In this document: positions 37,301 to 51,324 of the stretch, piece after piece | How positions within the stretch are numbered: position 1 is the first letter of the stretch | Layout: each line of letters begins with the position of its first letter | NCBI GenBank assembly: GCA_051294375.1 | Contig: CM119267.1 | Location: forward strand, 4,506,329 to 4,570,328 | Direction: 5' to 3' | Length of the DNA stretch: 64,000 nucleotides | From: Paraspadella gotoi | Taxonomy: Eukaryota > Animalia > Chaetognatha | Notes under the pieces: model-generated | Databases searched by the model: none | Told to the model about the DNA's origin: nothing | What the model saw: only the letters and a program-made list of their open reading frames with translations | Program-made: the position numbers and the translations under genes

Positions 37301-40300
37301 CCAGCGCGACCTCTTCGGTAGAACTTCGCGCAGGCCGAGTCCACGCTTGACGCAGAGCCAACCTCTCGACGGCTTTCATGCTTCGATGCTGACACGACGA
37401 GACGCTTAGAACGCGTGAGAGAGACGAGTTGTTTGTGCACAGGATGAGAGGAGAGCGATGTTTAATCCTCGCTTTGGACGAAGCCTGGTAGGGGGCGCAG
37501 TGGGGGGGGAGTTTTATTTGGGGGGATGTAAGGGGGTTGTTGTAGCTCATCTTGTAGACTTTTTTCTTTTCATGCCGTACCTCAGACGATTGTCTCACTT
37601 ATTTCCTTTTCTTTTTTTGGTCGACCCCTTTGTCTATATTATCATTATTTCTAATATTAATCCACCTCATATTCAGTCTCTCAATTGTTCGATCCTTCGT
37701 TTTCTTCTGGAGTCAGTCGTCTGTAATAAGGTTTCCGATGGAAGACAATGTCACTAAAATATTTCGGAAACTTGATCTCCAACCCACAGGATATCGATAA
37801 AAATAAGTGAGACCACACACGTTGGGGTGCTAGGATACCGGAGTCGGATCAGCGACGTGTGCTCCATAAATCCGGGGCCCCACTGCGATTCTGTTGGAAA
37901 AATGAGTGGCATCTTTCCACCGCCCCAGATTCAACTCGGGCGGCCGACCTTCCACCTCTCGACACTCTACACCACCACTCTTCAACCAACCTTACGCCCC
38001 CCGGCTTACCCTCCTCCGCCGTCCTCCAATCTCGGCCTTCAATATAAATGCACTTCTCTCGTTTTCATCGGGAGGGTTTTCTCACTCCCCAAGAGCACAG
38101 AAGGGGTCGATAACTACCGTTGAGAAGAGGTACGATCCGAAGCAGAAGCGGGAGAGGAACGCACGAATGAGCACGAACGCTCTCGCCGAGACGACGAACG
38201 GCCGAGCCCACCTCGGTCTGGGCGCCAACTCGCCCACCGCCCCGCACGCGTTCGGCGTCGCTCCAGCGTCAGCAGGGAAATCGCGGCGGTGGCGAGAGCA
38301 GTAGTGTAGAATTCAGGCAGGGAAACCAAATAGATCACCAGAAACAGCGCGCTGGGGGGGGTTGAAGAGAGGGGAAGCGGCGAGCGGCGGATTGCAGAAT
38401 GCTGAGAAAGCGTCTGGGGAGGGACGTGCGAGCGGAAAAGGAGTCCGATCCGAAACGACTTCGGAAGTCACAGATGCGAAGAGGTAGGGAGGCTGCCATG
38501 TTTATCGTCATTGTAGCTGTGTTGGTAAGTTTGATGATCTGGTGTTTGAGTAGTGATGCGGCTCACCGTTTATTTATTGATTAATAAATTAAGAATTAAA
38601 GGTTTAGTACGTGTTTTTATGTAATATATATTTCCGTTATTTTGTCCGTTTTGAGAGAGTGACTAGTTAAGGTTGGGCTTCAGATAATTTACTTGTAGTT
38701 TGCGCTGTCGGGAGTACTCTTTGTATTTAAAATATGTAATGAATTAAAATAGTTTGAAATAATAATCCCTTCGTTGCCCCAACTTCAGTGGGCTTTATTG
38801 AGAGGAAAATATATCTATAAAATTGTATAAGGAAAAATCAAATAATGAGAGAGAAAAGGCATTAATATATAAATTAGACTTTGAGAGAGTCTTGATAGGA
38901 AACGTTTGCTGAGAGGAGAGGGATGCCTGCGAATTGAGGAGAGAGATAAAGAATGATGCCGACGGACACGAACTCCGGTCGATCTGGAAATCTCGAGTGG
39001 GGTGTAAGAAGGTAGCGAGTTAATAGGCAGTCTTATAACCGTAAGCACATAATCAATTCGAAATTTATATCAACATATTATCCAAATGAACTAGTTTTAT
39101 GTAAATTTCAGGAAATTCGACAAACAAATTTTTAGGCCTGTACACGACGCAATAATGAGACAGTAAAATAAAAATTTTAAAATACTGTTCAAGTTATTGA
39201 GCATCCCTTAATTATCGTAGTTGATCCCGGTGTGACAAGAGCCTTTGGAATTGGCTTATTTTTTTTCCGTTTCTGTTACCAGACAAAGAGAAATCGCCTT
39301 TTCATCACTGCGCATACTCTGTAATTTAATATGAATTGTGATAGTTTTTTCTCTATCCCTCAATATTCCTTGGCTTGTATTTCCAATTTTCATGATATAT
39401 TCTTATCATCAAACAATCTCTTTGCTAGCTTTTTCAATCTCAATTACTCTCTCCGCACAGTTTTGATTCTGTAATTCCTATCAAATGTTCGCTTTGATCT
39501 TTTTACCACAATAAATGATTACGTTGATAATATCCGTATCTTTTACACCTATTTTAACCCTTTAATCCAATCTAAATTAATACCTTACACATACTTATCA
39601 ATTCCCTTCCACAATTCCATTCCACTAAGCTCTTCGGCTGCTCTGTTTCTTCCTACAAGGTAAGACACAAGCTCTACATCTCGTCTGCGCCGCAGGCCGA
39701 CCGCACCTCTTAAGTTCTTTTGTGTGCTTTGTCAGATCTAATTCCGGTTTTTTATATGGTTTTTCCGAAATTCCGGTTAGCCGGATTGGTTTTTAAGCCT
39801 CCCGGGAGTTCATGTATAAGATTTTTTCCGATCGTAAATATCTTACGTTATTTGTTTTTTTGGCGCGTACGTCACGGAGTCGTTGGGGCGAGTTTGGATG
39901 GATCCGTTGAGTTCGTTGCCATCGCGGGACGATTCGACGCCGGTTGTCGCGTCGCTCGTGCGTCGTTTCATTCACGTAAGAGGGTGGGGGATTCGCATAT
40001 TGATCATCGAGATGCTATGTCAGGATCGTTTGTTCATCAGTTCAAGCACACCGCACCCTGCTCCAATCCACAATATCAGTCCGTGGGAAGCGGTCGATGA
40101 TTGAATTAGTGAACACGGAGAAGGTTATCGCTCACACTGTTCGCGCGTCCACCTCTGAATTTCGAGTTGTATAGTTATAATAAAGAAAACAATGATAGTA
40201 ATTTCACAAGGATTTTAAAAAAGTTTCGCCTGTGTGAGCGGCCGTTGCTATAAATAACAATTATTATTAATAGACTCATGATAAATTACTACGGTAATAT

Positions 40301-43300
40301 AATATTTAAATTAATTTTTTAACAAGAAAAAAGCTTTCTGTTAGTTCTATTTTTGAAATCCATGTTTCTTGTGTGAAAGTGGATCGAACAGAATTATTTG
40401 ATTTTTACGAGTGGCAAATGCAAAAAACTCGTACAACCAATACGCCGCGAGCAAATTCAGCACCGGCGAAAACCTCAGAATCGAAACATTTGAAAGAAAG
40501 AGAGAGTAGATGGAGATGAGGAAGAGAAAGTAACGTAGAGGAGAAGAGCAGAGAGAAGCAAGAAAGAGAATGAAAGAATGAGAGAGAGTATAGATGATGA
40601 GGAGAGAAGAAGAAAGATAGAAATATTTAAAAATAAGATAGAGAATAATTGTTTGTAAAAAGAGTAGCACCTTTATTAAATAAGCTTTATTAATTTCCTC
40701 AAAGGAGAGCGTACCGATTTTTCGGCGTACAAATTTAAAATTATCCCCAAACAAATGTATTCTATGAATTCATGCATTCGCCTCATAAATTATTCATTAC
40801 CTGTAAATGTTACTTTAACGAATTTAAACAAAAAATAAATAAGATAACAAAAGACGATCTGTTTATTTTTTTCCGCGCCTTCAACCGAAAGTCTCTTCTT
40901 CTCGGTTCTTCTCTCGTCACTTCTCGCTGTCCAATTTTGAATGACCTCTTTGTGATGCAATGCTGTGCGATGGGGTACATCCGTCAAGTCATACCGTCCC
41001 CATGTTTATGTTGTTCACTTGCTATGACGATTGTTTTGGTCTGTAAAAAACAACTCTGCAAAAAGGACAGGCGAAAAGGAAAAAGGTTAGGTGAAAGGGT
41101 GAGGCATATCTAGGCAAAAGATAGAAAAATGAAATATTTGTGGAAGGTAAGAAAAATAATACGGATACTCACATTGGGGATGAGTAGTGATAAAGAGAAC
41201 TGCTGAAAGAGGAGTCTTGAATTGATAACTTGCTATGTCATTTTCTGTAAGGTATCGTGGTAGGAGGGAAGACATTTAAACACCAATAAAAGGCAGAGGG
41301 GATATTTACATATAGAATCAGGGCAGAAATAGCAAAGATAGGCTTTGATTATGCTATTTTTTTGATGAGTATTATGCGCCGTTGTTTTTCACTTGTTTTC
41401 TTTTTTTATCTTTTTGTCATCTTTTTTTTTTTCGTTCTTTGTATTTTCTTTTCTTTACTTTGTTTATCTGTTTTTTTCTTCAACTTTTTTTTTTTTAGTT
41501 CACATTCACTTTTTCCTTGATTTATGGTTCAGTAATTTTTCAGACCTTCGTACTCTCAATACGTTTCCTTTTTTTTAAATAACGGGGACAAAAGTAATGA
41601 GTTCCTTGACACACAAAAATCGTCGAGCATAGTAGACACCAAAGTCTTACACATTGAATCTGCTCTACTACGGTTAGTTTCTGTGGTTAGGAGCACCACA
41701 AAAGCACAACCCAGATGCCACAAACACACAAAGTAAAAGCCAACAAAAGCCACAGAAGACTTTGCGGGCGACACATAGTGGCCCTATTCTCTACAAGAGG
41801 CAAGACGGTAGGCCTCCTCAAAGACTCTCGTGATGAAGAGAACTACGGGCAACACAACAATTTCCAGAAAAGCACAGTGACTCTCAGGCTTCACACGTCG
41901 ACGGGCGCTGGACCAAGAACCGCGCAACCCCGACCTCCGGCGATAACGAAAACGAGGCGAAGTGGACTGAGGCGTTCAAAACCATCAGTAACAGCCTGAC
42001 GGGTCAAACGGACCGAAAGGAGAGTCCACTGAGACTAGTTCGTTACTAAGTTTGGTGACAATAAGGCTACATATAGCCTTATTTTATTAATTTAAATGAA
42101 TGGATTTATTTGTATGTAGTAATAAAGGACAAGTATTTGGTTTGTTATACACCCACAAGTGATTCCATAAAAACAAAGAATAAAACTAAAAAAACAGGTG
42201 GGAAATTAGGAATAATCGTTTGGTCCTAATTTAATCAAAATCCATCTCAACAAACACGCGACCGGCAGAACCCGGAGCCAATACCAGAACCGAGACTCCG
42301 ACCGACTGGAGTGAATTGTCCTGGCGGCGAGACGAGATTGAAATTGATTTCGTGAAGAAATGTAAGAGTAAACAGGGTGCTGAGCATATTTAGACCGAAA
42401 CCGAAAGTAAAGTTACTCGTCGACGACGGTGAGGGCAATCGTTGGATGGAACCGGGACATGCGATACGACGAGAGGTAAGGCAGCTTACTTTCGGGGCAG
42501 ATAGATCTGATCAAATAATATTAAAGTATTATAAAATCTGGGAATTGGTACAACCGAAAACTAAAAATTTATCCATCATTTATTAAAATTAAACTATCTC
42601 TGCTCCCCTGAACTTGGCAGGCTTTGTGGGTTTAGGCCTCACCTTCAACTCTTAACAAGATAATCGACATAGTCAGGTCCTGGCAAAGCTTTTTTCAATA
42701 TGTAAAGAATTATCTCATCACAGTCTTCGATTTATTCATAACTCCCAGAAGATAGTCTTTTTGTTTTTGTTACCTTGGCTTTCCTATCAATGAAGTTGTT
42801 TTTTATTTTTTTTTTATATAGAAAAAATTAATACTGTATCGTATAGTAGTTTTTTTTTTTATTTTATTATTTATATTTTCATATTCAAAAGTTTATATTT
42901 ATTGTTTTTTTCAACAAAAATACGGAGGCAATAAAATCAACTCTTGTTCTTTTTGCCAATTCAATCTTATTAACTGAGAATAAGATGCAATAAATAATAT
43001 TCATTCAGTTATTTATTATTTGTTTGTTTAGGCTCTCATATGATCTATTGTCGTTTATCTGATTTATTGATTGAATTCACTCGATCATTCCCCACATTCA
43101 TTGATTCACTCATTCATCTAATTCATTCATAAATTCATTTAAATACATTCATTCATTTATTAAATTCATTCAATTCTCCACAATAACAGAATTCCGCACC
43201 CAAGAAACCAGACGTTGACTGTTGCTGTTGTAGACGCAGAGGCGCCAAAGGTTTGAGCACCTCCCCCCCCCCGCCCCCTCTCGGGGATCGGAGACGATTC

Positions 43301-45510
43301 GGTTCTTTGGCTTTTGGGTCTCGTGATCGAATCACAGGTCGGTCAAAACATCGTCTCCAGAATTTTGGGACATCTCCTCCCTCGTACTCCTCCACTGACA
43401 ATGGTAAATCATAGCGTCTATATCTCATTTGCATATTTCAGGTACGCCTTTATTAATTTTTAACGGTTAATAACAAATTTTTGGGTAGTGATAATTTTTG
43501 ATATGTTCGGTTGAAAAAAATCTTTTAGTCCGGTTTTTTAGCGATGATAACTTTTATGCATTCATGGTATTCTTGCCAAAAAAAAACCTAAGTTGAATTA
43601 CGTTTCTTTCACCAACTCTTACTAACTTGTGAAATAAGAAATAATTCGTTCACGAAAAACTAAATAGATGTGAACAATTGTTCAAACCATCTCGCACATT
43701 AACCATGTAGTAGTGTAGTTGTCCCGGACAGCGGATTGCCCTTCGGATGTCTTATTACCACAATTTTTTCAAATTTTTTCACACTTAGCGTAACAGTAAC
43801 ACTGCAGAGCTGTGGTTCTGAAATGTACTCCGTTATACAATACATGAAAAACATTAAATTTCCGATTATTGGCCGAGTTAGGTGGAAACCGGCTGGGAGT
43901 CCTTAAAAACCTGCCAACCGGCTAACCGAGATTCAAACTTGTAGAAGATCTTTGGCTCGAGAAGTGGGATAACTCCAGCCGTAGTAGGATTCGCAAGAGA
44001 CAGTGGGTTCCTGTCTCATTGCAGTCTTCAAGAACTGACTCTTGAAGCCCTTTTGGAGAGGGTGTTCCGACCGTCGAGCAGTTCGCGATACACCCCCTGT
44101 AGAAGAGGCGAAAATGACTGTTACTGGTGTGATAAGTGTGAAAATACGATGCTGACAGCAATCGGCTGGATTTTTAACAGATTTAGAACAATAGCAGATG
44201 TAATCCGATCGTCCGCTCAAAAATCAATCAATTAATGCAAAAGGTGTTATCCCATAAGGATTCTTCGCTATGAAATTGGTTACAAACCAATATAAATTAT
44301 CATCCGTTTCAATAAATAAGCTATCTTGTCCTCATGTACAAAGCCTGAAGATTGTACAGGCTAAGCATTAATAAATTAAACATTATACATATAACAATTA
44401 TACAAACGCCATATCACCGTGTTCCTTGAAAGCGATCCATGAAAAAACCTCGCGGAACGGGCGTCTCTCTTCTTCGTCGATGTGTTGTTGTTCTTTGGCG
44501 ATGGACGCACGATTTTCTTCTTCTCGACGTTCTCGTCGTCGTCGGTCGTCGTCGCTGTCGTCTTCTTCGTTCGTCGTGGTTTAGTGGTCGTTGTCTTAGT
44601 GGCGCTTTTGGTCGTAGTAGGTGGTCCGTAGTAGTGGTTGGTTGGTAGTCGTGGTAGAAGCACTTACCGTGTGTCGTTAGTATAGAGTTTAGGTAGTTGT
44701 GTAAGTCGTCGGGTTTTCTGTTTTTGACTGGTCGTCCCGTTAGTCGGTCGATTCGTCGTTGGTTTGGTAGTCGTAAAGGGAGAACGTTCTTCCTCAGTCG
44801 TCTCAGCCCCCCTTCGGGACCCTGTCTCTCGGTCGAGGCGTTGTCGTCGGCAGCCTCCCAGTGGGTTAAAGGGGTGGAGGCTCGTCGAGCGTCGCTGCGG
44901 TAGGTTGTGTGTCGCAGCGGCTGGGGGCGTACCGTCTCCTCCTTCATGTTTCTCCACGCTCCTCTCCCCCTGAAACTCGTCTCCGACGCCCGCCTCCGTC
45001 TGTCGCGCACCCTCTCGCCGGCTTCTGCGGCCTTCAGTCTCTCCTCAATTCGGCCAATACATGGACTCAACCTTTTGTCGACGGTTCGTACTGACGAGCT
45101 GAGCGAGGAAGAAGGAGGCAGGAGAAAGGAGGGAGAGAGGCTCAGTTGCCAGCTTCCAGAATTTCATTGACCCTTATTTTTTTTTTTAATTGGGTGGTAT
45201 TGGTTATTTGTAATGGTTAAATTGGATTTCAGTTTTTTTTTCGTGGTTTATTTTGTTTCTCTTTTTTATCGTTTTATGAGAGATTTGACACAAAACAAAG
45301 TTACCGGTGCGAATGAAGTGGTCGACGTTAAAAATTAGGATGAGATGGGAATGAATGGATAAATTCGGAGATTAGAAGGTGGTATTATATTTTTTTTTAA
45401 AAAAGAAAAAGGTTTAGAAATGCGAATGACCAGTGCGTCACGTTTGACATCACTCTTCGTAAATACGGTATGTAACGTAAATGTTGGTTATTATCTTGGG
45501 TGTTTAAAGA
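34380..45510 (-). repeat. Indel-rich inverted copy of ~11300-20000 joined to ~30870-31204+ (probable raw long-read fold-back in the assembly)
   Basis: Collinear reverse-complement matches: 45060-45170 signal exon; 44410-44700 Thr tract; 43920-44110 exon 2; 43190-43400 exon 3; 42300-42510 exon 4; 40870-41030 exon 5; 38030-38500 GPCR exon 1; 37300-37490 GPCR exon 2; 34430-34790 GPCR exon 3. Differences are mostly scattered insertions. Confidence 0.9.
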
Positions 45511-45841
45511 TAGAAAAAAAAAAAAGAGAAGAGAAAAAAAAACAAAAATAAAACTATTTTTGTTGTTGTATGAAAAATAAATGTTTATCAATTATTCTTG
45601 TATATTTAGTCGTGATCTAGTATCCGAGTAATATTTTTTTTTAGACTTAGTGCCATTGTTAATGACGTTTATACTGAATCAATCACGTGGAATTCGAATA
45701 AGAGCGAAAAATATAGAAAATAATAAGTAATAATAATAAATAATAGTAATTCCAGTTAAGCATCAAAGTAATATCAAAAGTGCAACAACGCTCTGACCCC
45801 AACTTAATACTCAACCATTCCTCCCACAATACGCAATACAG

Positions 45842-46052
45842 TTACCAGTTCTGTCTTGTCTACCCCCGAGACTTTCCACGCCGACCGCCCTTCTACCAGG
45901 ACGAGGTGCTGGAGGCCCGGCGCCGCATCGGCACCGTGGCGGCGCTGATGGCGCTCTTCTTGGCGACGCACCTCCCGGCGATGATCGTGCGAGTCTTCGT
46001 CGGCGTCTATCCGGCCGTCGGACGCGACCTCTTGGAGGAAAGGGGATTCGAG
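45842..46052 (+). CDS. GPCR exon: end of TM5, ICL3, TM6 and ECL3
   Basis: aatacag|T YQFCLVYPRDFPRRPPFYQDEVLEARRRIGTVAALMALFLATHLPAMIVRVFVGVYPAVGRDLLEERGFE|GTGAGA. FLATHLP corresponds to TM6 FxxCWxP. Confidence 0.75.
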
Positions 46053-46290
46053 GTGAGAGGGCGCTAGTAAAGGGCGTTGTTGTTGTTGTTGTAGACATTG
46101 CTGATGTTGACGATGTCGTTGTTGTTGATTTCGATGTTTATATTGTTTGAATCTTTAAGAAGATTGACCGGGATAAGAATAAAACAAACCCGGTCATTTT
46201 TAACTATATTTATAAATAATTGTTATGTTTTTTAATTGCATAAGCGGACATTACTTCTGTCTACCCCACTGAAATAACATCTTCTCCCCG

Positions 46291-46642
46291 ATACCTGATC
46301 CGTGATGGTCTCTTGCGTTCTCCCCGCTTATTCTTCATTATCTTCCCTCAAAGTCTTCCTCTACGGCTCTGCCGACGCACGTTCCGCAAAACACTGCGCC
46401 GCTTCTGCCTTTTGTTTGCGATGGGCCACTCTGAGGCTGGTTCCGTCCCGCTGCTGCCCCGCCGCCTGCCGCTGCAGAGTTTGGTGCCCCGTCGACGCAG
46501 ACTGCCACAAGATGTGGCTTTAGCAGCCATGCTATTCCCTCATCGGGACCGTAGTTCGATGTGCTGTCTTCCGAACAAAAAATACCGGTGCACGCCCGTC
46601 CAGCTCGTCGTTAGTAATTCCGGTCGAACAAGTCTAAGATGA
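46291..46642 (+). CDS. GPCR terminal exon: TM7, helix 8 and C-tail (indel-damaged)
   Basis: ..SSLKVFLYGSADA followed, after a frame change, by FRKTLRRFC (helix-8 FRxxL), then a Cys-containing tail ending ..SGRTSLR*. Confidence 0.55.
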
Positions 46643-49600
46643 AGGGAGAAAGAAGAGGAGAGCGAGAGAAGACGAAGAATATAAATAAAGAGACTAGAGA
46701 AGAGATCAAACGAGGAGAAGGAGAACGATGAGAGAGACATAATAGAAAATTCGATCCTTTCTCTTTTGAGATTATAATATACGAAAAGAGCAACAAATCG
46801 CTTTTTCTTCTTTTCTCTTTTAAATTTTTACTAGTTTCTCTTTTTTGTTTTTACGTGCCGGCCTTTTAACTCTCTCTCATCTCTTCCTCGTCTCTCCTCT
46901 CTCCTCTCTCTCTCTCTCTCCTCTTCCTCTCTCTCTCTCTCCTCTCCTCTCTCTCCTAACCTCCCTCTTTTTTGGGGTATCCCACCGTATTATTGATAAA
47001 TATGATCTGAATAAGAAGACATTGATATTGTAGGTACATCTTGAGTAGTCTTGGCGTTACCGAATGAATATAAAAAGAAAAACAATTTTCGAGAGCAGCT
47101 CCTCTCTTTCTCTCTCTCTCGCTGAGAACTTTGATTGATACATTTGCATCCTCTTTTCTGTAGATATGAGATTGACTGAATTGTATTAGTGTATTATTGA
47201 ATTGCAATACTAATAAAGAATTCGAGATTAAGTGTAATCTGTAATCATCTTTGTGAGATTGAATCGTTGGACCATAGAAGGAGAAATAAAAGACTTAATC
47301 GGCTTAGCGTATCAGCAATCTTACTTATCTATTGCAGTTTTTTAATAGCTTTCAATTTCGTAGCTATTATCGAGCACCATAATCTTGTTAATATATGTAT
47401 ATTATGTATTTGAGTCGGTTTTTTTAACGAAACTGTCAGGTATAATAGTTACAACAGTTACATTCAACTTTTACCTTTTGCTATTTTGATGTAAAACCGC
47501 GTTAGAGTCAAACATTTTTAAAACCGACCGACTCTCTGGGTTATGTCCTCTATGGGTGTCACCCACGCAGAACTAATCGGGTCCAAGGTTGCATCCTTTA
47601 AAGTACATATTTGTAATTAATAAAAAGAGAAAAATAAATGTCTTATTAACTATATATACCAAAATCTAATACATTGAAATCTGACCACCCACGCAAAAAA
47701 AATTTCATTCTCAGTTGTTTTCAAAGAAAACTAAAGTGTCTCTCTCTCTGTCTGCGCTCGGCACAGATCCCAAAAAAAGAAAAGAAAGTTACGGTTCTCA
47801 GTGGGAAAAAAAAATTGTAGTAAAGAAGCTTGTTTACGGCCTTTGACCCTCGATGTCCCGTCGGGCTGCGGCTGCGGTGCGGCAGAGGCAGCAGGCGGCG
47901 GCCACTGCTTAAAACTCCTGGCTGCGTAAGAGGNNNNNNNNNNNNNNNNNNNNNNNNNNNNNNNNNNNNNNNNNNNNNNNNNNNNNNNNNNNNNNNNNNN
48001 NNNNNNNNNNNNNNNNNNNNNNNNNNNNNNNNNNNNNNNNNNNNNNNNNNNNNNNNNNNNNNNNNNNNNNNNNNNNNNNNNNNNNNNNNNNNNNNNNNNN
48101 NNNNNNNNNNNNNNNNNNNNNNNNNNNNNNNNNNNNNNNNNNNNNNNNNNNNNNNNNNNNNNNNNNNNNNNNNNNNNNNNNNNNNNNNNNNNNNNNNNNN
48201 NNNNNNNNNNNNNNNNNNNNNNNNNNNNNNNNNCGACGACCACGACGACAGAACGGGAGGATCTGTGAGTTCCTTGAGAAGTGGACGGGTGTGTCCAAAT
48301 TAGATTTCTCCTTCGGCAGCGTGAAATAAGCGTTGGGTTAAAATTGGCTTATTTGCAAGTGTACTATTGAGTATTTCGCGCTGGAGGCGTTTATTAAAAA
48401 TGGCGACATAATTTGGGTTTCTTTTAAAGAAAATTATATCGAAGCATCTGTCAGCATTTTTTATTTTGTTCAAAACGTTTTCTTTCCTTTGTACCCTGCT
48501 TTGGACAAAACGACAACGAAGATGACGACGATGACGACGATTCAAAGATAACAAAAAAAACCCCTATCCCGCTGAGATTTGAGAGAGAGAGAGAGAGAGG
48601 AGAGACGAGAGACGGATCGAGAGACGAGCAGAAGCAGAGAGGAGATAGGAGTCCTGGAGAGACGAGAGGACGAGGGAGATGAGAGAGGAAGGGGAGAAGA
48701 AAGCAAAAACCGGTGCGGGGCGTGACGAAAAAGCGGACCCCACTAATAATAGGAACATAAATTGCTTATTAACCACTAGTGTGAGGAGTGGGCAGAGAGA
48801 TCAGAAGATTGATGAGATGAGTTCACTATGTACAGATTTTCTCTACCCTTTNNNNNNNNNNNNNNNNNNNNNNNNNAGAGAGAGAGAGAGAGTCACGACG
48901 AATCTTGAAGTGTTTCTTCCCGCGGTCAGAGTTCAGTGATTCCTATCTTTTGGTCTCGATCTTGNNNNNNNNNNNNNNNNNNNNNNNNNNNNNNNNNNNN
49001 NNNNNNNNNNNNNNNNNNNNNNNNNNNNNNNNNNNNNNNNNNNNNNNNNNNNNNNNNNNNNNNNNNNNNNNNNNNNNNNNNNNNNNNNNNNNNNNNNNNN
49101 NNNNNNNNNNNNNNNNNNNNNNNNNNNNNNNNNNNNNNNNNNNNNNNNNNNNNNNNNNNNNNNNNNNNNNNNNNNNNNNNNNNNNNNNNNNNNNNNNNNN
49201 NNNNNNNNNNNNNNNNNNNNNNNNNNNNNNNNNNNNNNNNNNNNNNNNNNAGAATTAGCAGGGTTGACAATTTGAGCTTCACTAAATTGCAAGACAAAAT
49301 GTTTTTTATCATGTCTGTATTTAGTATTTTGGTTAACTATCTCGGTTATAAAAATCCTATTTATCATGCCATATTTGTCATCAAACGGGAAGGTCTAATG
49401 TCTAAATTGACGCAGTGCCTTTAATTTTTATAACATTGAACTTTTATAGCAAGTTTGCACATACTTCTTCCAGTGCCCCGAACCCATCACGCCGACCGCA
49501 GGGCGAGGCGGAGGGCGGCTGTGTTCACCAATTCTCAGTGGATTTCTTTTCCGCGAGAACCGAGACGACGCGGAAAACTTTTTTCCCGCCAAAAATCGAA

Positions 49601-49743
49601 AAACGAGAATTTCAAACAAAACAAAAAAAAGTTTTTTTTCTTTATTTTAAAAAAAAATATTCGCTCGAAATATCAAGGACGAAAAAAACACTCGCAGGAA
49701 TTTGCACCGCTCCGTCAGAAAATTCTTCTCTCTTCTCTTCTCT

Positions 49744-49794
<51 letters not shown>

Positions 49795-51324
49795 CTCTTC
49801 TCTCTCTCTCTTCTCTCTCTCTCTCTCAAAAATTCACTCCTCTCGTATTTATTTAGTATCGAATAGAGCGACTTTGATTTTAATGAGTTCGATCAACAAA
49901 GTCACCCCGTGGTCGCACCTAATCGCACGCAATTTCCCGATGCGTGTTCGCCATTTCGCACACGCAGAAGCCTTCTCTCTTCTCTGTCGCCTTTTGTTGT
50001 ACCGTTTAAAAAAACAAAAAACAAAAAAAAAACAACTTTTCCCCCCTTTTTTTCCTTCCCAGAAACGAGGACATTCTTATGTCGATTAGTCACTCTGTTC
50101 CTTCCCCCACAACCCCGCATTACCCAACGACGACCAATGACGCTTCGGGATTTTCTTGTTTTGTTTTCTTCATTCGATCAATTTTGACATTTCCCGATAA
50201 ACATTCTCGACTCTCGACATTCGGTTTCGACTTCGATTTCTCACTTTCTCTCTGCCCCTAATTTCACCCCCTCTCCTCGTACCCTTCCCCCCCCCCTTGC
50301 CTCTACAGTCACTCACAGCCCCCCTGCCCTTCCCACCCCGGCCCCGCGCCATTGAGATTTCGCCGGTTTTGGGCGGGGCTTCGAAAATTTTCTCGCGCGC
50401 GTGATCGGCCGATCGAAAATTTTTCCTGCGACCCCGGGTTCGACCGGGGTTCGTGGGCGTTTTCACTCGTGAGAAAAGAAAGTCGCAATCGTTTATGTTT
50501 GCATGTCGTTGTGTTAATTTTGAGGAAATGTTTTTGGAAAGAAATCTACCACAGTCGTGAGTTAAAAATTAAACCATGTGACCTTCTATTGCATCGAGGG
50601 GGTCAGAGAAATCTTTAAGATGACTATAGTTCACAAATCGCTAATGTATTTCCTTTTTGAAAAGTTTTTTTTTCCCCCTCCCGATCGATTACTCTCCAAG
50701 AAACTCGGCGCCTTTTCGCTAGTGTTAAAATGACCTGGAGTTCGACGTAGCTCATTGTGAGCCGTTGTTTCAAAGATTATATGCACTGTACTACAGTGCT
50801 GTAGCGTTGTGGTAAAATCCGTTTATCCCAAACCCTGTCCTTTATAAAGACGACCTTGAAATATTTCGCACCGATCGCGGCGTGAATTAGTCGCTGGCTT
50901 TTTTTGTTTACACTAAACCAAAGGTAAACAAACGCGGGTCCGGAGTTCGAATCCTTTCCTTCCCGATTTTAATTTTTTTTTTTTCAAATTCTTTTTCCAT
51001 TTCCTCGTGTGAAGAAAACAAAAAGAAGTTTTCCTATGACTTCGAACGCGTTTGTTTATTTTAAGTTTTAAGTCCTCGGACCGACGCGGTTTAAACCCAA
51101 ACAGTCGACGATTCGCGTAGTATTTCCTATTAATTTTTTTTTTTTACTCTTTTTTTTTTAACTTGAAAACAAAGGAAAATCAAGTCTTTTTTTTTTTTGA
51201 AGGCGGAGATTTTCGGTTTCCCATGACTTTTTCGGTTCGGATGCGTCTCATTTATAAATTTACTCCATTTTTCTTAATGATAATAAATTTGTGAATGAGA
51301 GGGCAAAATTTAGATAGCTTTTTT

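Noticed and set aside
46302-46523. Cys-rich short ORF as another secreted peptide
   Set aside because: Better explained as the frameshifted GPCR TM7 and C-tail exon.
47790-48560. GC-rich segments flanking an N gap as possible minus-strand exons
   Set aside because: No frame or splice model could be fixed and no homology was recognised.
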